Positions 24,457-39,400 of a DNA stretch of 64,000 bases are shown in pieces. A program made the position numbers and the translations under genes. The notes under the pieces are model-generated. The model had not been told where the DNA came from. It made no database searches and worked only from the letters and a program-made list of their open reading frames with translations. Each line of letters opens with the position of its first letter. The stretch's first letter is position 1. The DNA comes from Bilabrum cf. latius. Lineage: Eukaryota. The stretch spans positions 1,426,001-1,490,000 of the forward strand of contig OZ237737.1 of NCBI GenBank assembly GCA_965178125.1, written 5' to 3'.

Positions 24457-27400
24457 TCATTCCGTTTCGTTCAAAGGAGAGCCGCTTCCGATGGCAGCCG
24501 GCGTCGATGACTCTGTCGGTGTCTCGGCCGGTGAGCCGGACGCAGCGCTGCCCATCCTCTCGTCAGCAACGGCAGAGCCAGTGCCAGCCTCGCTACTCGC
24601 TGCCCCAACGGATGACGTCGCAGATGAACCACCGAGACTACGTCCGGAGATGCTCCTCTCTATCTTGGCATCGTCAGTGTCGTCCGCAGCCCCAGCCCCG
24701 AGGCCCTTCGACGCAGCCCTCGTGTTCTTACCGCCAGCCCGACGGCGCCTGCCTCCTCCTGCGCGAAGCTGCCGCCTGCGACCCTTGCCGCCGGAGGCAA
24801 AGGCTTCTAGGGCGCTCGTGGACGTGGCTCCGCCACCTAGGGGTGACGGACTCCCCAAGTGACTCGAGACGCTGTCGGCCGCCTGCATGCGAGCCCTGCT
24901 AGGTGACCGCGAAGGAGACACCGAACCGTCCATAGAACCAGCCACAGAACGGATTCCGTCGCCGTCAAGCTCTGCCTCGCCCTATCGCCGCACTGCCCGA
25001 AGATTGGCTTGCACTTTCGCGGTTTCATCCTGCATCTTCTTGAAGTGCTCGCTAAACTGAGCAAACAACCGATGCGGCGGCGCATCACCAGGCATCATGG
25101 ATGCATTGAGCTCCAGGTCGTCCAGTTTGTGCTTCTTCGCCGCGAGCTCCTTGCGGCGCTTGGCTGCCAGCATCGCATTCATGCCGACGCCGGCATTCTC
25201 GTCCGTGCCGTCACTCATCATGCTGTTGCTTCGCTGCCTCGTGTGCAGGGGTGACACCGTGGCGCGCAGCGGGTTAGACATCATTACAGACGAGTCTTGC
25301 TTCGTTGACCCCGAGCTGCTTGCTCCACCAGCACCGCTTCCTCCGAGCAGCTCGTCCGCGTCTTTCCGGCGGTTGCTCGCACTCTCCATGGCAGCCTTGC
25401 GCGCTGCCGCCGCCTTCGGCTTCTTGCATGTCCCTGGAGACATCTCGGCCAGCACGGCGATGGATATTGCACCGAAACAATAGAGCAAGCTGCCCACTAG
25501 CACCATCACGATGATGGTTGTGATCAAAGTCCTCTCAGCTCCTTGCTCGCCCTCCGACTGCTCTCCAGCGTCGTACAGCAAAGCTCCCAAGTTGATCATC
25601 ACTGCAGATGCCATGAGGATCGAATCAACAGTGTTTAGGTTGGTATGCATGGTCTCCTCCAGCAGCTTTTCGTGCTCGAGGCGCTTCATCGCCCCCGTCA
25701 GCTGCTGCGTGGACTTCTTGCCGCTCTTGCCCTTGCCTTTATCAGACGAACCAGAGTTCATCATCTGGATCCATAGGCTGTTGCCAGTCTGCCCGCCGTC
25801 TCGCCGACCGCGCCCCTGCAAGCTGCGCTTGGCCTAGCGCAGCGTGTCCAGGATCTTGGCGTGGTAGTGGTCTCCTGCCCTGGCAAGCCTGTCGTTCTCG
25901 CTGAGCACTCGGGCGTGCTCTCCGTAGCACAAGTACGGCCTCCAGCTCACCGTGATCACGAACGAATAGAAGGTCACCAGCAGGGCAAAGGCCAGCTGGA
26001 ACGAGGCGTTCGACTGGAACAAGATACCGGTGGCCGCAAACAGGAACTTGCGGGCAAGAAGCACGAGCATGAACATGTACGAGTACTTCGGGACGAAGAA
26101 GGAGTACATGCGGGAGTTTGCCCTTCTGAACTCGTAGTGCGGGTTGCTGCTCTTCGTGTTGCCCAAGTTCGCGGCTCGCAAGTACTGGTCCTCGATGACC
26201 GCGTCTCTGTTGGTGTATAGCCACCACCCGATTAGAATCGGAATCACACCATTGTACACGAGCAGGGCGATGATGCCAACAGGAAGCAGCTGCATGTGCA
26301 ACCCCCCCGGCTCGTAGCATGGCACGGCCGTAGACGTCATGTAGAGGATCCCACGACCATCGCTGGGCAGCGGCGGCTCGCAAGCGAACACGTCCAGAGC
26401 TGTGCGCGTGATGAGAAGATGCGTCACGTAATACAGCATGAACAGCGTGCTGATGGTGGGACCCAGGTGGTTGCACCGTGTGTCTTTTCCCGCACCCATA
26501 ACGATGGACCTGTAGATGTACACTGCCAGGAATACTACTCCGAGGATGGAAGCAGCAGCAAGGGGTAGGACCATCGTGCCGAACCACCGCAGACGGAAGT
26601 CAAGGCCGTTCACGAGACACTCCGGGGCGGTGATGTTGATGTCGAGGGAGAAGGCTGACAATACATCGAAGAAGCGCAGCAACCAGACGGGCCAAGTGAT
26701 GTCAGCTCTTGCAAAAATGGCCAGCAACTACAGGTAGTCGACTGCTACCGTACCGTAGTTGACAGTCTGCAATCCCTTCACGTTGACGATGTACGCACCG
26801 ATGGCAACAAAGATAACCATCAGCACGAAGAGAGCCATGAGAAGCTCGGGGTTCTGCGGACACTCTCGGCAGTCGCCGGTCACGTCACGGAAAAAGCCGC
26901 TGCTGCAATCACCGCAGAGATCTCCAGTGTACTCAGCCGCGCAAGTGTTGTTGCCCAGGCATGCATCGGCTGGCTAGCACGAGGCAAAGAACGGGCAGGT
27001 GGGGCGCCCTTGCCGTTCCTCTGGGCACACGCCGTAATACCTGTCGGTAGGCTCGAGCTCCAGCCTCCAGAAACCCGGGAGTGAGAACGGTTCTTCGAGC
27101 TCGCCGGGGCACTCAGCTCCCTGTGGGCAGCTGAGGCACAATTCGCCTTCCTGCCCGTAGTAGTTCACTGGGCACAGCGAATAGAAGAGGTTGTTCAGCT
27201 CTGCATCGAAGAAGCGTGACTGCCCAGCCACGACAATGGTCACGTTTTGGCTGCCAACAGGGATGCGGGGCACTGCGCATCGCAGGAACGCCTGACCGCC
27301 ACGCTCGCCCGTCTGCTCATCCCTGACCCACTCAATCTCAGTGCAACGCTGCCCGCTGAGAAGCAAGTCAAGCAGCACCGGGTGGGGCCTTGCCGCGAGA

Positions 27401-30400
27401 GGCTCATCGTCCGCATTCTGCAGCGCCCTGCGGCTGGAGGATTCCGCTGCATCGTCTCCTTCGGCACGGCTGGCCTCTAGATCTTGGGCCCAGTATTCCA
27501 CCGGGCTGAGTCGCAGCAGCTGCTCGTCCGATCCATCCATGAATCGCTACAGATCATTTGGAGCTGGTAGCGAGCTCGGATCGAACAGCAGGGCATCGTG
27601 ACCAAGATTGGCACCCATGATGATCAAGTCGGCACCTGTTCCGTCAAAGGGAGTTGGCTCTACAACGCTGAGACCAGGCGCGAAGTACGCAAACTCCCCA
27701 ACCGGCGCTCGAATGAATTCTCCTGTGGGTCCCCACTCAGCGAGTCGCTCAACATACAGACTGACCTGCAGCCCACCACCCTGTCCCGGCGGTAAACGGA
27801 TAGCAACTTGATCATCGGACCATGACGCGATGCACGGTGTGCGCGGGACGCAGCCTGTGCTCTCCAGTAGCAGAGCATCGCCCCATCCCGCCTGCACCTA
27901 CGCCTCCACCTCGGAGCACAGAGACGTAATCACAGTATCCTCCCGACTGGGGGCACCCAGCTCCGGGTCGCCAGGCCCGAAATTGCTCGTGCTGACTACG
28001 GCATCACCACTAGCAGGCCACGTCCGAAGGCCACTGGCCAGCTATCGCCTGGATTCTGCAGAGTTCCAGGAGGACGGGGTGTTCTCACTGACAAGCGCAC
28101 TCGTGTTGGTCGGGTCGGCGATCAGCGGTAGGCCGCTTGGAGGGGCGTTGGCCACTTGCCGGTCGGGGGCCAGCATTGTCAGCACTTCTTGGGGTAGCGT
28201 GGTGGCAGCATGCAGCACGATGGCCGGGGGTCGCACAGAGCCAAGAGAAGCCCCGATGATCGTCATAATTTCGGGCGAGCAGCACAGTCGTCTGGTATCG
28301 GATCCTGCCGGCAGCCGTGTGATCCTTGCGCGGTACGCAGCGACGCTCTCCAGCCGGATGCAGCCGTCAGTGCGACCTTGAAGTGGGAACGCGCCCTCGA
28401 TTGATGGCTCGCTGTACGTGACCTTCACCTCATTCGGAAATGTCTGCGATGCCGCAAAGAGCCGAAGGGTAGCAACGCCCTGTCCTGGGGGCAGCACAGC
28501 AACGACGATATCGTGAGTGGCCTCGAGCACTCGGATCGGAGCACCACCAAGAGTGACGTCAGCACTTGGACCAAAATCAGACCCACGGAACGTGACTGCC
28601 ATGGGCACTCGGCGGGTGCGGGGAGTCTCGCCGCTGTCCACCGCGATGGAGTCGAGCAGATCAGGTCGTGCTCCAGGAGCGGAGTCTGGCACGAGACCAT
28701 CGGTGTCAAGTTTCAGAACAGCTGGCTCGATGGAGTCCAGCCGTGGCTCGCGGTAGTCGATCCGAAGCGGAGGGAACTCCGGCTCAGATCCCTCTTCTGC
28801 GCCTGGTGCCGAAGAGTTACTGGACTGACCATCGACAAACACGACGATTTGAATGTCCTCGCCCTGTCCCTCTGGTACGACAAACTCGATTTCATCATGG
28901 CTCCAGCTGGTCACGTTCACCCGCTCGTCGCCCATTACAACGAAGCTGCCAGGCACGCCAGCGATGGGGCCCGCTCCGAAGTTCCTGCCGCGGATAGTGA
29001 CTGATTGCCCACCCGCAGTGCCAGCCAGCAACGGCCAAGGCTCAGTTTGCTCTGCAAATATGCGGGGCGGCCCGTAGTCCAGTACGAGGGAGTTGGAAAC
29101 CTGGTTTGCGGCTCGCAGCTGCACCTGATTTGCTCTGCCGCTGCCTTCCGGCACCATGAAGCCGACAGAAGTGTGCCCGCTCGCGTCCAGACGCACGACT
29201 TGCGGCAATGGCAGTGCCACACCGTTGACGAGTACTTCGGGAACGATACCCATCGAAGAGCCCCGCAGCGTGACGTTGTAAACTGCGCCCCGAGTCGGCC
29301 AGCCGCCAGTGGGGGACAGCAGCTGCGAGGCATCGGGTGCGTCCCAGCGCAGCGTGTCAAGCCTCGGAGCATCATAGTTGAACACCTGGCTAGACTCGAG
29401 GCTCCTGTCCTCTCCACGACTGACAGTCATGGAGAGACCCGCGCCCTATCCCTGCGGGATTGTGCACTCGAAGCGGGCCCACAAGTCCCTCCGCGGTTCG
29501 CAGTCCCCTGTCAGGGGACAATCCAGCCCTCCGTCCTAAAGCTCCTCGAAGCTGGATGGATCCACGGCGCACTCGAAGGGTCCAATTGAGGCTCCGATAC
29601 GGTCGGCACTGCTGCGGCTGGCCAAAAATCTGGAAGTAACTGAGACCTTGCCGCCACCTTGGGACGCTGACGACGGTGGCGAGAAGCTAACGACCACTGG
29701 AGAGCGTTGGCGGAAGAGTAGCGGCTCCGTGAGCACGCCATCGATCCCCTGCTCCAGGACCACGAGCCCTGCCTGCACTGGCTCCATGGAAGCAGGTAAC
29801 ACGTCCAGCATGCACCGCACCTGCGTATGCGTCCAGAAGGTCGGGTCCTGGGTATTGGATGACAAAGAATCGCCAACACCAGAACCAGCGCCCGCCGCCG
29901 ACTGAACTGTGCACTGCACGACCGGAGGATCGCTAGAAGGCGGTACACCAGCAGCTGGGGGCTTCAGGCCGTCAAAATCGGCCACAATGGCGGCCGGGCT
30001 TGATGTTGTGTTGGTGTCCAAGACACTTCCGTCCTGTGACACTACTCTGACAGCAACAAGCACCCGCCCCCCCAGGCCGAAGTTGCCACCGCGAATGATG
30101 AGTACCCGACGAGCGCTGGTGGGCTCATCGGGATCTTCCACTACGATCATCTCGCGGATGAACGGATCAGCATAGGAAAAGTGAAGCTCATTTGAGGTCC
30201 TACCACCAACCTGTGCCCGGATGACACGGTTCTTGCCGTCGGCCGGAGGCACGATTATGTCGGCACAATAAAGGTCAGGATCTTGCGAGGCCGATGCGAT
30301 GGGTAGGGCCGGCTCGGCTCCAGAAGCGATGCTACCAGGCTCTGCCACAGCACCGCCGGCGCCTCCCACAGCGGCAGTCCACGCGGCAAACGCCGGGGAA

Positions 30401-33400
30401 TGCGGCATCGGGTCGAAGTAATCAGCAAACACCCTTGCAAACGCATCCGCGTCCACACGCGTGGAAGCGTCACACGGTATCTCCGAGTACTGCTTCTGAA
30501 CGGGCTGCTTGTTGCTCGGGGAGGTTGCTGCACTGACCACGAGCCCGTCTACTGCACGGCCGATGTCCTGCCCAACGATGCGGATCACACCGCCAGTCGT
30601 TGGTACTCGGTTGTAGGTGTACTCGAACTCGGCGGGATTCTCGTTCGGGGGAATCGCAACACCAAGTACGCTGGCGGCACGCAACTGAATGGCAAGAAGC
30701 CTCGGCGGGGCGTAATCCATCGACACAGGGGACTATGTCTGTCCCGTAGAACCAGCCGCCGACTGCGAGTCCTGTCCACCCACGCTCACAACAGCGAGGT
30801 GATTGCTGCCCACCCCTTGTAGAGTTTGGCAGGAGATTTGACGGTGCTCAGCTGTGATGTTGCAAGCCGAAGCCGGAAGGATGTACGGGCCCAACGCAAC
30901 CGAATCGAGGTACGTGAAAGAGATTCCATCCCCGCCGCTAGCTAGAGAGCGCTCCGAGAGTTGTTGCAGAGACAAGCTATGCATTTCATCAGCACCGTCC
31001 ATGAGGCTCAAAGGGTCCTCGCTAGTGTTCAATGCCACGTCCTTGATGGCCTACCTGGTGATCGATTCAAGGGTAAGCCCTTTGTGCACTGGCTTGGAGG
31101 CATTTCCAAAGTTCCGACCGTCGATGACCAGAGGCTCACCCCCACGGGTCGAGTAACCACGCTCGCGAGCAGGTGCAGATACGGCGGAGATCTGCGGGGG
31201 AAGGTAAGACGTCCTCGGAGCTGCCGACTGCACGCTGTCCACCACCACATTAATGCGGAGGCCACGGCCTGCACCCTCAGATGTGGTGCACTGAATGGCG
31301 GTGTGAGCCTCAAGGATAAAGCAGCCAGCACCTTCAAACTGGGTGCCGTCCGACTGGCCCCAGGATACTCGATCAAGCGTCAGTGAGGATTCCCCTAAGT
31401 TGGCACCGTGCAGCACTAGCGTCTCGCTTCCTGGTGTCGAGGCCGCGGGTGATGCTTCGCCGCTGGTGTGAGTGATAAAGGGGGGAGCATAGCGTACGTC
31501 ATTCCGCAGGAAGACAGGAGAGGTCTGGCCACCCACAACGATCTGAGTGAAGTGGTTCCTGCCGGTGCCGCTCTACGTCAAGCAGACCAGCGTTGTGTGC
31601 TCCTGCTCCATGCGACAACCCCCGGCGACGTACCAGCTCGTGCGTCCCCTGCGTCGTTCAGAGATTGGTGTTGTCGAGGCTGGACCGGCCCCGGGACTCG
31701 GATCCTCCGGGTTCAACGAGGGCACCGAGTACGGCCCGGCGTATTCGAATGATCCGTTCGCAGGGCCACCGGTCTACTGGATCCACGACTGGATGGCGCC
31801 TCCATCAGAGTGAGCACTGAGCGGGCCGTACGCCACTGCATCCCTCGCCACGAGCATGCGGGAGCGGTACCAGTCCGCGTCCAGCTGCCTCTAACTATTC
31901 TCCATTTCTACGACATCAGCCCCTGGCAGCGAGTTGAGCGCCAGACCCACAGATTCTGCTTCGAGATCACTCGCTGCGGAGCGGAGAGTCCTGGTCCGGA
32001 CTGCCATCGCACCCGTGTCGGCCGATTCAACGTAAAGCTCGGCAACTTCAACCGTGAGTGGGCCGAACCCTGTCCCGTTAACAACGATTCTCGCCCCACC
32101 CGAGGTAGGCGAAGCAGTCGCACCGGCCCCAAATATCTGCGTGATGCGGGGTTCCTCGTAGCTTGTGCGAGTGGTGGTCAGCTCGGAACTTGTCTGCCCA
32201 CCGACGAGCAGCCGCCACGAATACCTTGTCCCGATCCCGCGCGGTGTGGTGCAGACAGCGCCCTCGTGCGGCGCCGTGACCACGCAGTCTGCCATCATGA
32301 GAACCTCTTGCTCGCCCCCGATCGCCTGCAGAGCTTCTTGCCGCCTCTGCAGCTGCAAAGTTGCGGTACCATCAGCACCAGAAAGGAAATCTGGACTGTC
32401 GCGCATCGAATCCCAGACCTGGTCGCTGCCAATGAATCCGCGGAGAATTGCCACCAGTGGCGCGGAAGAGCCACCTGGGCCAAAGTTGGCCCCCGAAACG
32501 AAGATCTGGTCACCTCCGCGGCCGGAAAGACTGTTCAGCGCAACTGTTGGCGTTCCATCAGGGTTGCTCTGGGCTGACTCCAGAGAGGTGAGCACTGGCG
32601 CTCGGAAGGACAAAAGCAGAGTGCTGCTCTCTGGCCGAGCCGCACCGATCGAGATTGACCCGGACTGCAGCTCCAGTAGCTCTGACTCCCTAGCAGCTAC
32701 ATACTCCTCCCGTGTTTCGCTCCGCTGACCAGCCACCGTAATGATGGGCCAGTAGCCAGTTCCAACCCCCTCAGAGCTGCGGCAAGTCGTGGTCTGGTGG
32801 TCGACCACCTGGCAACCGGAGAATGCAATCGTTCGACCTTCGCTAGACTCTGCCATCGCGGATATCTCTGTTCCGACTGGCCCGAAGTCTCTGCCCTCGA
32901 ATTGTACGAGGTCGCCTCCCTGTGTTCGAAGCAATGGCGCGTCGACTGTGAGCACAGTCGGGGGTGCATAGCTGGTGGCCTACGGCCTCTCCGGACTGCC
33001 TGCAGCAGGGAGCGTGTGCCTCTCCGAAACGATGCCTCCGTACGCCGTAGCATCGATGCTCAGGCGCCAGCGATGATCCGCTCCGGCTCCCTCGACGGTA
33101 GTACACCGCACGATGGTACCAGCCTCTACTACTTGGCAGTTGGCCGCCTCGTATTCGCAGCTGCTGACGAACGGGTCAGGCTCCACTGTCCCTGGAATAC
33201 CAAGCGACCAGTCCGGGGCACCGCTGGAGGCATCAAACGAGCTTGATGGACCAGAGGGCTCGCACGAGTAGAAGGCACGCACCACCGGAGGGATTGCGTC
33301 GATGCCTTGCTGGCCAATGCCCGTGCCGGTGATCTCGACTTCCTGCCCTCCCACAGTTGCCAGGTCGTCTGGCTGCGCTCCTACCACCCTCAATCGCTCG

Positions 33401-36400
33401 ATAGTCAGGTCTACCACATCCTCCACCTGCAGCACCACCACCATCTCAGCATAGAGAATGTCAGGGTGGCTGTCGAATGGCCTGTCGACACAACGAATGG
33501 TTGCATTATACTAGGTATACTTCTCGAAGTCGAGCACGCTCCTGGCACCGAATCGCGGAGACCGCAAGCTCACCTGCCCGGTGGCCTCGTCGATCGCGAG
33601 GGTTTCGACCAGCTGCTGCGAGGCCTCGTCTCGGGTCTCATCAGAGAATGTGCCGTCGTGGAACACTCGCCGGACTTGGTGCAGGACGTACCTGATTGCG
33701 TCACTATCGGGATCCACGCACGACACATTCATGAGAGTTGTACCGGCAGCGCTACCCTCTGGCAACGAAGAGTGGTACACAACAGGGCCTTCTCCGAACG
33801 GAACTGGTCGCCTCTCGCCGCCACCAACAGAGCTAGGCGGCTCTAGTGCCATAGGACGTTCCAGCACGTCTTCAACCCGCACCGTGATTGGCACCTCGCG
33901 GACGTTGCTCTCTGTATCTTCTACTCGCAGGGTTGCGTTGTACTCGGAACGATGCTCGAAATCGAGCATGGCCAACGTTCGTAGGGCAGGGTCGCTCGGA
34001 CTCTCCGCGTACCCTGTTGCCACAGAGGCAGGTTCCACGGTAGGGATGGTCGGGGTCAGATAGAATCTGGGTGACTGCATGGGCGGGTTCCGGATCAAAG
34101 ATCGCTCCTCCGCAGACAAAGTTCCGGGTGTGTTGGAGCCACCGCTCGTGATTCCTCCGTCAATCCCACCATCTGCTGTCGTAGTGGCGTTCTAGGCAAT
34201 GACAACGAACATGGAGGAGAACTCAGCCGCTGCTGCAGTCCTGTCCTCAGCATCACCAGCCATTGCAGACGTGTCTGGCGACAGCAAGAAGCTGAGTGGC
34301 TGGCGTTTCTCATCGTAGAAATCAGCGAGGAAATCAGAGGGGTGCCGCATCGAGTCGAAGCTCAAGGGGAAGTCTGGAGCCGACAGCTCTGGGACAACCA
34401 TGAACAATCTTTCTGACGGCACAACCGGGGGCTCTGACACATCGGTTACCGCAATGCTGAGCACACCGATAGCCGTGAGGTTCCCCACACCTGAATCCGT
34501 CACTGAAATGGTGACAGTGAACGTGCGATGCAAGCCGGGGCATCCATACAGGGGCTCTTCCCTGTCACACTCGAAGTTGAACACTGGAAGGTCCACTTGC
34601 TGCACCGAAATGACTCCAGTACTCGGGTCGATCACGAGCACATCAGCAGCCTGAGACGGATCGACGGACACGATGCCAAATGTGAGGACATCCCCCAGAT
34701 CGACATCAGTCGCCATTACTGCTGGACCAGATACAGCTGTGCCGTCTGCTGCGTTCTCGGGGATCGACCTTGTTGCGCCCGCGTTCGTGATCACTGGCCT
34801 TGAGTTCGAGTTCTGGACAGGAACCTGCACCAAGATTCGGGACGAGAGGCCATCAAAGTCCCTGCATTCAATGACCAACTCGAACTACTTGGGGAACTGC
34901 TTGTCCATGAACAGCAGAGAACGGAGCAACCCAGTTTCGGGATCAAATTCGAAGTATCCCGGATCAACTGGATCGTCCTGAACGAACGACATGCTAGCAT
35001 TCTGCACGCCAGCTTCCACGTCTTCATCCCGGCAAATGATGGGCAAGCCCAGAATAGTCTCGTTGGAGTCTCGCTCGACGATGCTACGGTTCGTCTTCAC
35101 GAGAGCACCGCTAGAGTGCGAGGTTTCGAGCTCAATGACATCATCTCCACTAAAATATGGCATCTCGTTCATATCATCAACGTGCAGAACGAAGTCGGCG
35201 GTTGCGGTCGTGCCATCGGCACTGAGATCAGTTGCAATGACCTGAATGAAACGAGTCTCGGCATCTTCGTGCGAGAGGACTTTTCGAGCGCCTGCCAGGT
35301 CGAGCTCGAGACGGAACCAGTTCGCAGTGCCGCTGCTGGCCAGAACGTCATCACTGGGCGAGGGGCTGCGAGAGGCAAGGGATGCTATCGCCGACGACAC
35401 CGCCGTGGCATTTCCCGTAAGGTTCACGAGCTTGAACATGCCCTCCTGGTCGCTGGCACGACCCCCAGTTCGGACCTGGGCGGTGAACAGATCGGCTTCG
35501 TAGTCCAAAACGGCGAACGGCATGGACACCCATGTGCCCTTTGCCAAGTTCTCATCCACGCGCCGCAGCTCGCAGCTCCGAACCTTGGATCCAGAGTGGA
35601 GAGTGAAGCGCGCATCATTAAAAGATGCCAAAGCTGTGCTGTTTGTATCCTGTTGTGCACGAGCAGCCGCACGATCCACAGGGGACATGATTTGAGCGAA
35701 AGCAGAGCGTCCGAAGCACGAGCCGCGAAGTCCTTGGATAAAGTATTCGCTCCCGAACAGCGTGTAGGCTTGGCAGGTTGCAAGACCAGTGCAGGCTCGT
35801 TCGCAGCGCTCCCAATCGTCCTCAAAATCATCTTCTGCGGACAGCAGGAAAACATTGACGCCGTCTGCATCTGTCTGGGAGTTGGCTAGGCCCTGCACGC
35901 TGGAGAAGCCAGGGTAACGCACGTACGCAATGTCGGCATCGTCTGCTGTAGGGCATGCCGGGAACTGGGGCGGGTCATTGGCATCCTCAACAGAGATAGT
36001 GTAGGTGCACGTCACGTTGCGCGCCCCGTTGCTGTTGCTACCACCGGTGCCATCAGGGTCGCCCGCCCCGCCACCGGAGAGGTCCCCGTTGTCCCCGCCC
36101 GAGTCTCCTCCAGTGCCGCCGGCGTCACCGCTCCCGTCGGTGCTACCAGTATCACCTCCACCGCCGTTCGAGTTCTACGAGTCTGGGTCATCCAACTCGC
36201 CATCGGCGACCATCACAGTCAGAGTGTACGAGCTCTGTGTCTCAAAGTCGAGCGGGCGAGCAACCGTGATGTTGCCGTCAGGCAGCACCGCGAACGCATC
36301 TCCCAAGTTGCCCTCCTCGATGCTATACACCAGCACGTCCCCTTCGTCCTAGTCGCTGGCCTCCACTTTGCCCACAAAACTGCCGGGGAGCGCCGTTTCG

Positions 36401-39400
36401 GGGATGTTGAACGAAAGATCCGAGCAGATTGGAGGCTCTTGCACGTCCGTGACGGACACCGTTACGTTAAAGTCCACGAATCGTTCCGTAAAGGCACCAC
36501 TTGGGCCGCCAGAGTCGGTCGCACGAACCGGAACGATCCACTAGTTCACGTCCTCGCGGTCGAGCCCACCACCAAACGCTTCTGCCCCGGCGCCGGTACT
36601 TGCGGAGAAGCCAGGCACAAGAACCACGGAGATTACGCCCGATTCCGAAATGTTCAACGGCAGAACTGCGTGATCAAGCAATGGATCGTAGCTGTCACCA
36701 ACAGACACACCCACTGCACCGGCCACAGTGGAATAGTGAGATCGGACCGTGTCCCACAAAATCGAATATCGACGCCGGTCGATCCGCCGAGTCGATACCA
36801 ACGCAAGGTTCGCTTCGTCTTCATCCGTTGAAGCGACGGGCTGTCCCGCTGCTGTTCCAGTCAACGAGTTTTCCTCAACAGCGCGCTGCTAGTTTACGGC
36901 TCGGGGCGGATCATTGCGATCGCCCACCAAGATAGTGAAGAACTCTGAATCCGATCGCAGCTCGTACTGTGGCGTGCCGCTGTCGTCCTCAACCTGCACT
37001 CGCAAGCGGAACTGGAGCGACGGTCTTAAGCCATCCTCATAGTTGAGGATAAGCTTGCCGGCGGTCGCATTTTGCGACAGTCCAAAGCCAGTTCCATCAC
37101 CCTCTGCAATGAGCCTGTTTGTCATGGCCAGGTAGTAGGCAGGATGACCAGTGTCTGGATCCAGGTCGTAGCCGCCCAGATCAGACGGGGAGGTCAGGAT
37201 TGTGAAATAGTTTGACGGGTCACCAGACACGATGCGGAAGGACAGCGTGTCATTGTCTTCGTCGAATGCAGGGAACCTAGCCACTAAGGAGTTGGCGAGG
37301 GCGTTCTCGGGTGCCACAAACACGACAGACCCATTCAGGGTAGGAGCATCGTTGAGATCACGCAACATTATTTCGACCACTGCGCTGTCGTTCGTTGGAG
37401 GCTCCCCATCGTCAGTTGCAATCACAGTCACGCGGTGGATGGGGTAGACCTCATAGTTGATCATTGCCTCGTTTTGCACGCGCAGCTGACCAGAGCACTT
37501 GTTGATGGCAAAGGCCCCGTTCGGGTTGGTGCTCTCGTCGATGCTGAACAGGGTAGTCTGGTCCTCGTCCGGATCAGACGAGACCATTGGACTACCCACA
37601 AGAGAAAACATCGGGAGATTTTCGTCGACGGTGAACTGGGCCGGTTCGATCGTCACTGGATCGTTGGTATCAGTGATGCGGACGAACAGCTTCACAACAG
37701 TAGAGAACGTACCGTCGCTGACTCGCACAAGCATCTCCTTCCCACCGGCTTCACCACCAGCCTCGAAATCGATGCCAGCCGTATAGTTTACCGTCACCTC
37801 GCCCGTGCTAGAGTTAACCACGAACGTGCCGTCGATGCCGTTCCCGCTCGACTCTAGCACCTCAAACGACAAGGAACCAGCCTAGGTGCCGCTGCCCGAA
37901 GTTGCGCCGTCGTCGTCCCTGGCGTCCACGAAGCCGATCGACTCACCGCGCCTCGAAGCCCCCCCCGCGACAGACTCCTGCACTACAAGCTCCGTATCCC
38001 TGGCAAGAGGAGGCTCCTGCACGTCTGTCACGTCCACACGCACCTCGATCTCGTCCTTCTGCCCGGGGTGCACGGCGAACACCTTTGCTCGAATCTGCAC
38101 AGAGTCAGCGTGGAACTGCGTGTAAGTCCCACCGAAGCCATCGTACGTATAGATTGGGCGCATGTTGGTGGACGGAAAAGACGGATTCTGCGGGTCGGAT
38201 CCGGGCGACCAGACACGTACGACAAGACCGGTGTCTGGATCGCTGGCGTCGGTCGAGATGGCCGCGCACACCCCGCCCGCACCAGACCACGGAATGACGT
38301 TGCCGTAGTTTGAGATGCATGCAGAGTCATACACTGTGAGTGTTTCCGCAGCATTGCCGTCGAGGTTTCGGATCTCGATTTGCACGTACTCTGGTCGCAT
38401 CCCACCAAGCCCGCCTCGCGACACTGGCTCGGCAGTCTTGGGGATGCGAATTTCATCAAAGAGATCTCTGCCCCGGATCAGACTAGCATCCTGCCAGTTG
38501 GTCGTGATGACAGGGTCCTGCATGCGTTGCGCAGCCCATGCTTGCACCCGAATCTGGCAGAACTGGCTAGACTGCAAAGCGTGGTTATTACCATACCCAG
38601 TCCCGATGTGGACGCAGAATGATTCACTGGAATCCCAACGAGATGCGACAAACACATGAATCTCATCGGCGTCTGCCACTGCCACGACGCCACCGTATTC
38701 ACGAGTGTAGTGGTCCCGTGTCTGCCCATCCGCCCTTGCCTCGAAGACCATCCCAGCGTTTGGACCATCGATTGCACGCACCAGGACCCTGTACCGAGCA
38801 GGAGTGCCCTCAAGGTTGTGCTTGACCCGCCTTTGGGACTCCCAGCGCTCCGTTGCCTGGATGTCAAACCACCCAGAGTCGTAGTCGGGGGCGGTGATGG
38901 GCCGGGCCGTGATTCGCACCTCACCCTCATGCGTCTTCTGCATGTACCGTTCGCCGAGGAAACGCCGCTGGCTGTCGAACACGGCGCCCATACCAATACC
39001 AATATTCACAAGGGAGCCCTTAAGGTTGTAGTAGGCGCTCGGAGCCCAGATGCGCACAGAGCCAGGGTGCGTGGGGGCGACTCGCTGGCCTGCATGCATG
39101 GCCGCATCGTTTGACGTCGGATCGGCCTCACCGCCCACAGCGGATTCCGAAGACACAATTCCAGTCCCAAACGAACTGGTCTGGATAAGATTAGTGCTGG
39201 TGCTCCGACCCATTCGGCTGAACCCGAGCGCCCTGTCGTCCGCTTTGTGGCGCATGTCAGCTCGAGGCACGGCGAAGCCTGTCCTGTATCCGAACAGAGC
39301 CCCGCCATAGTACGCCCAGTAGGTGGAATCATCCTGAAACACGCTTGCACTGCCTGCACGGAACTCAAACCCAGCATTGGGCCCTGATGCAGCTCGCACC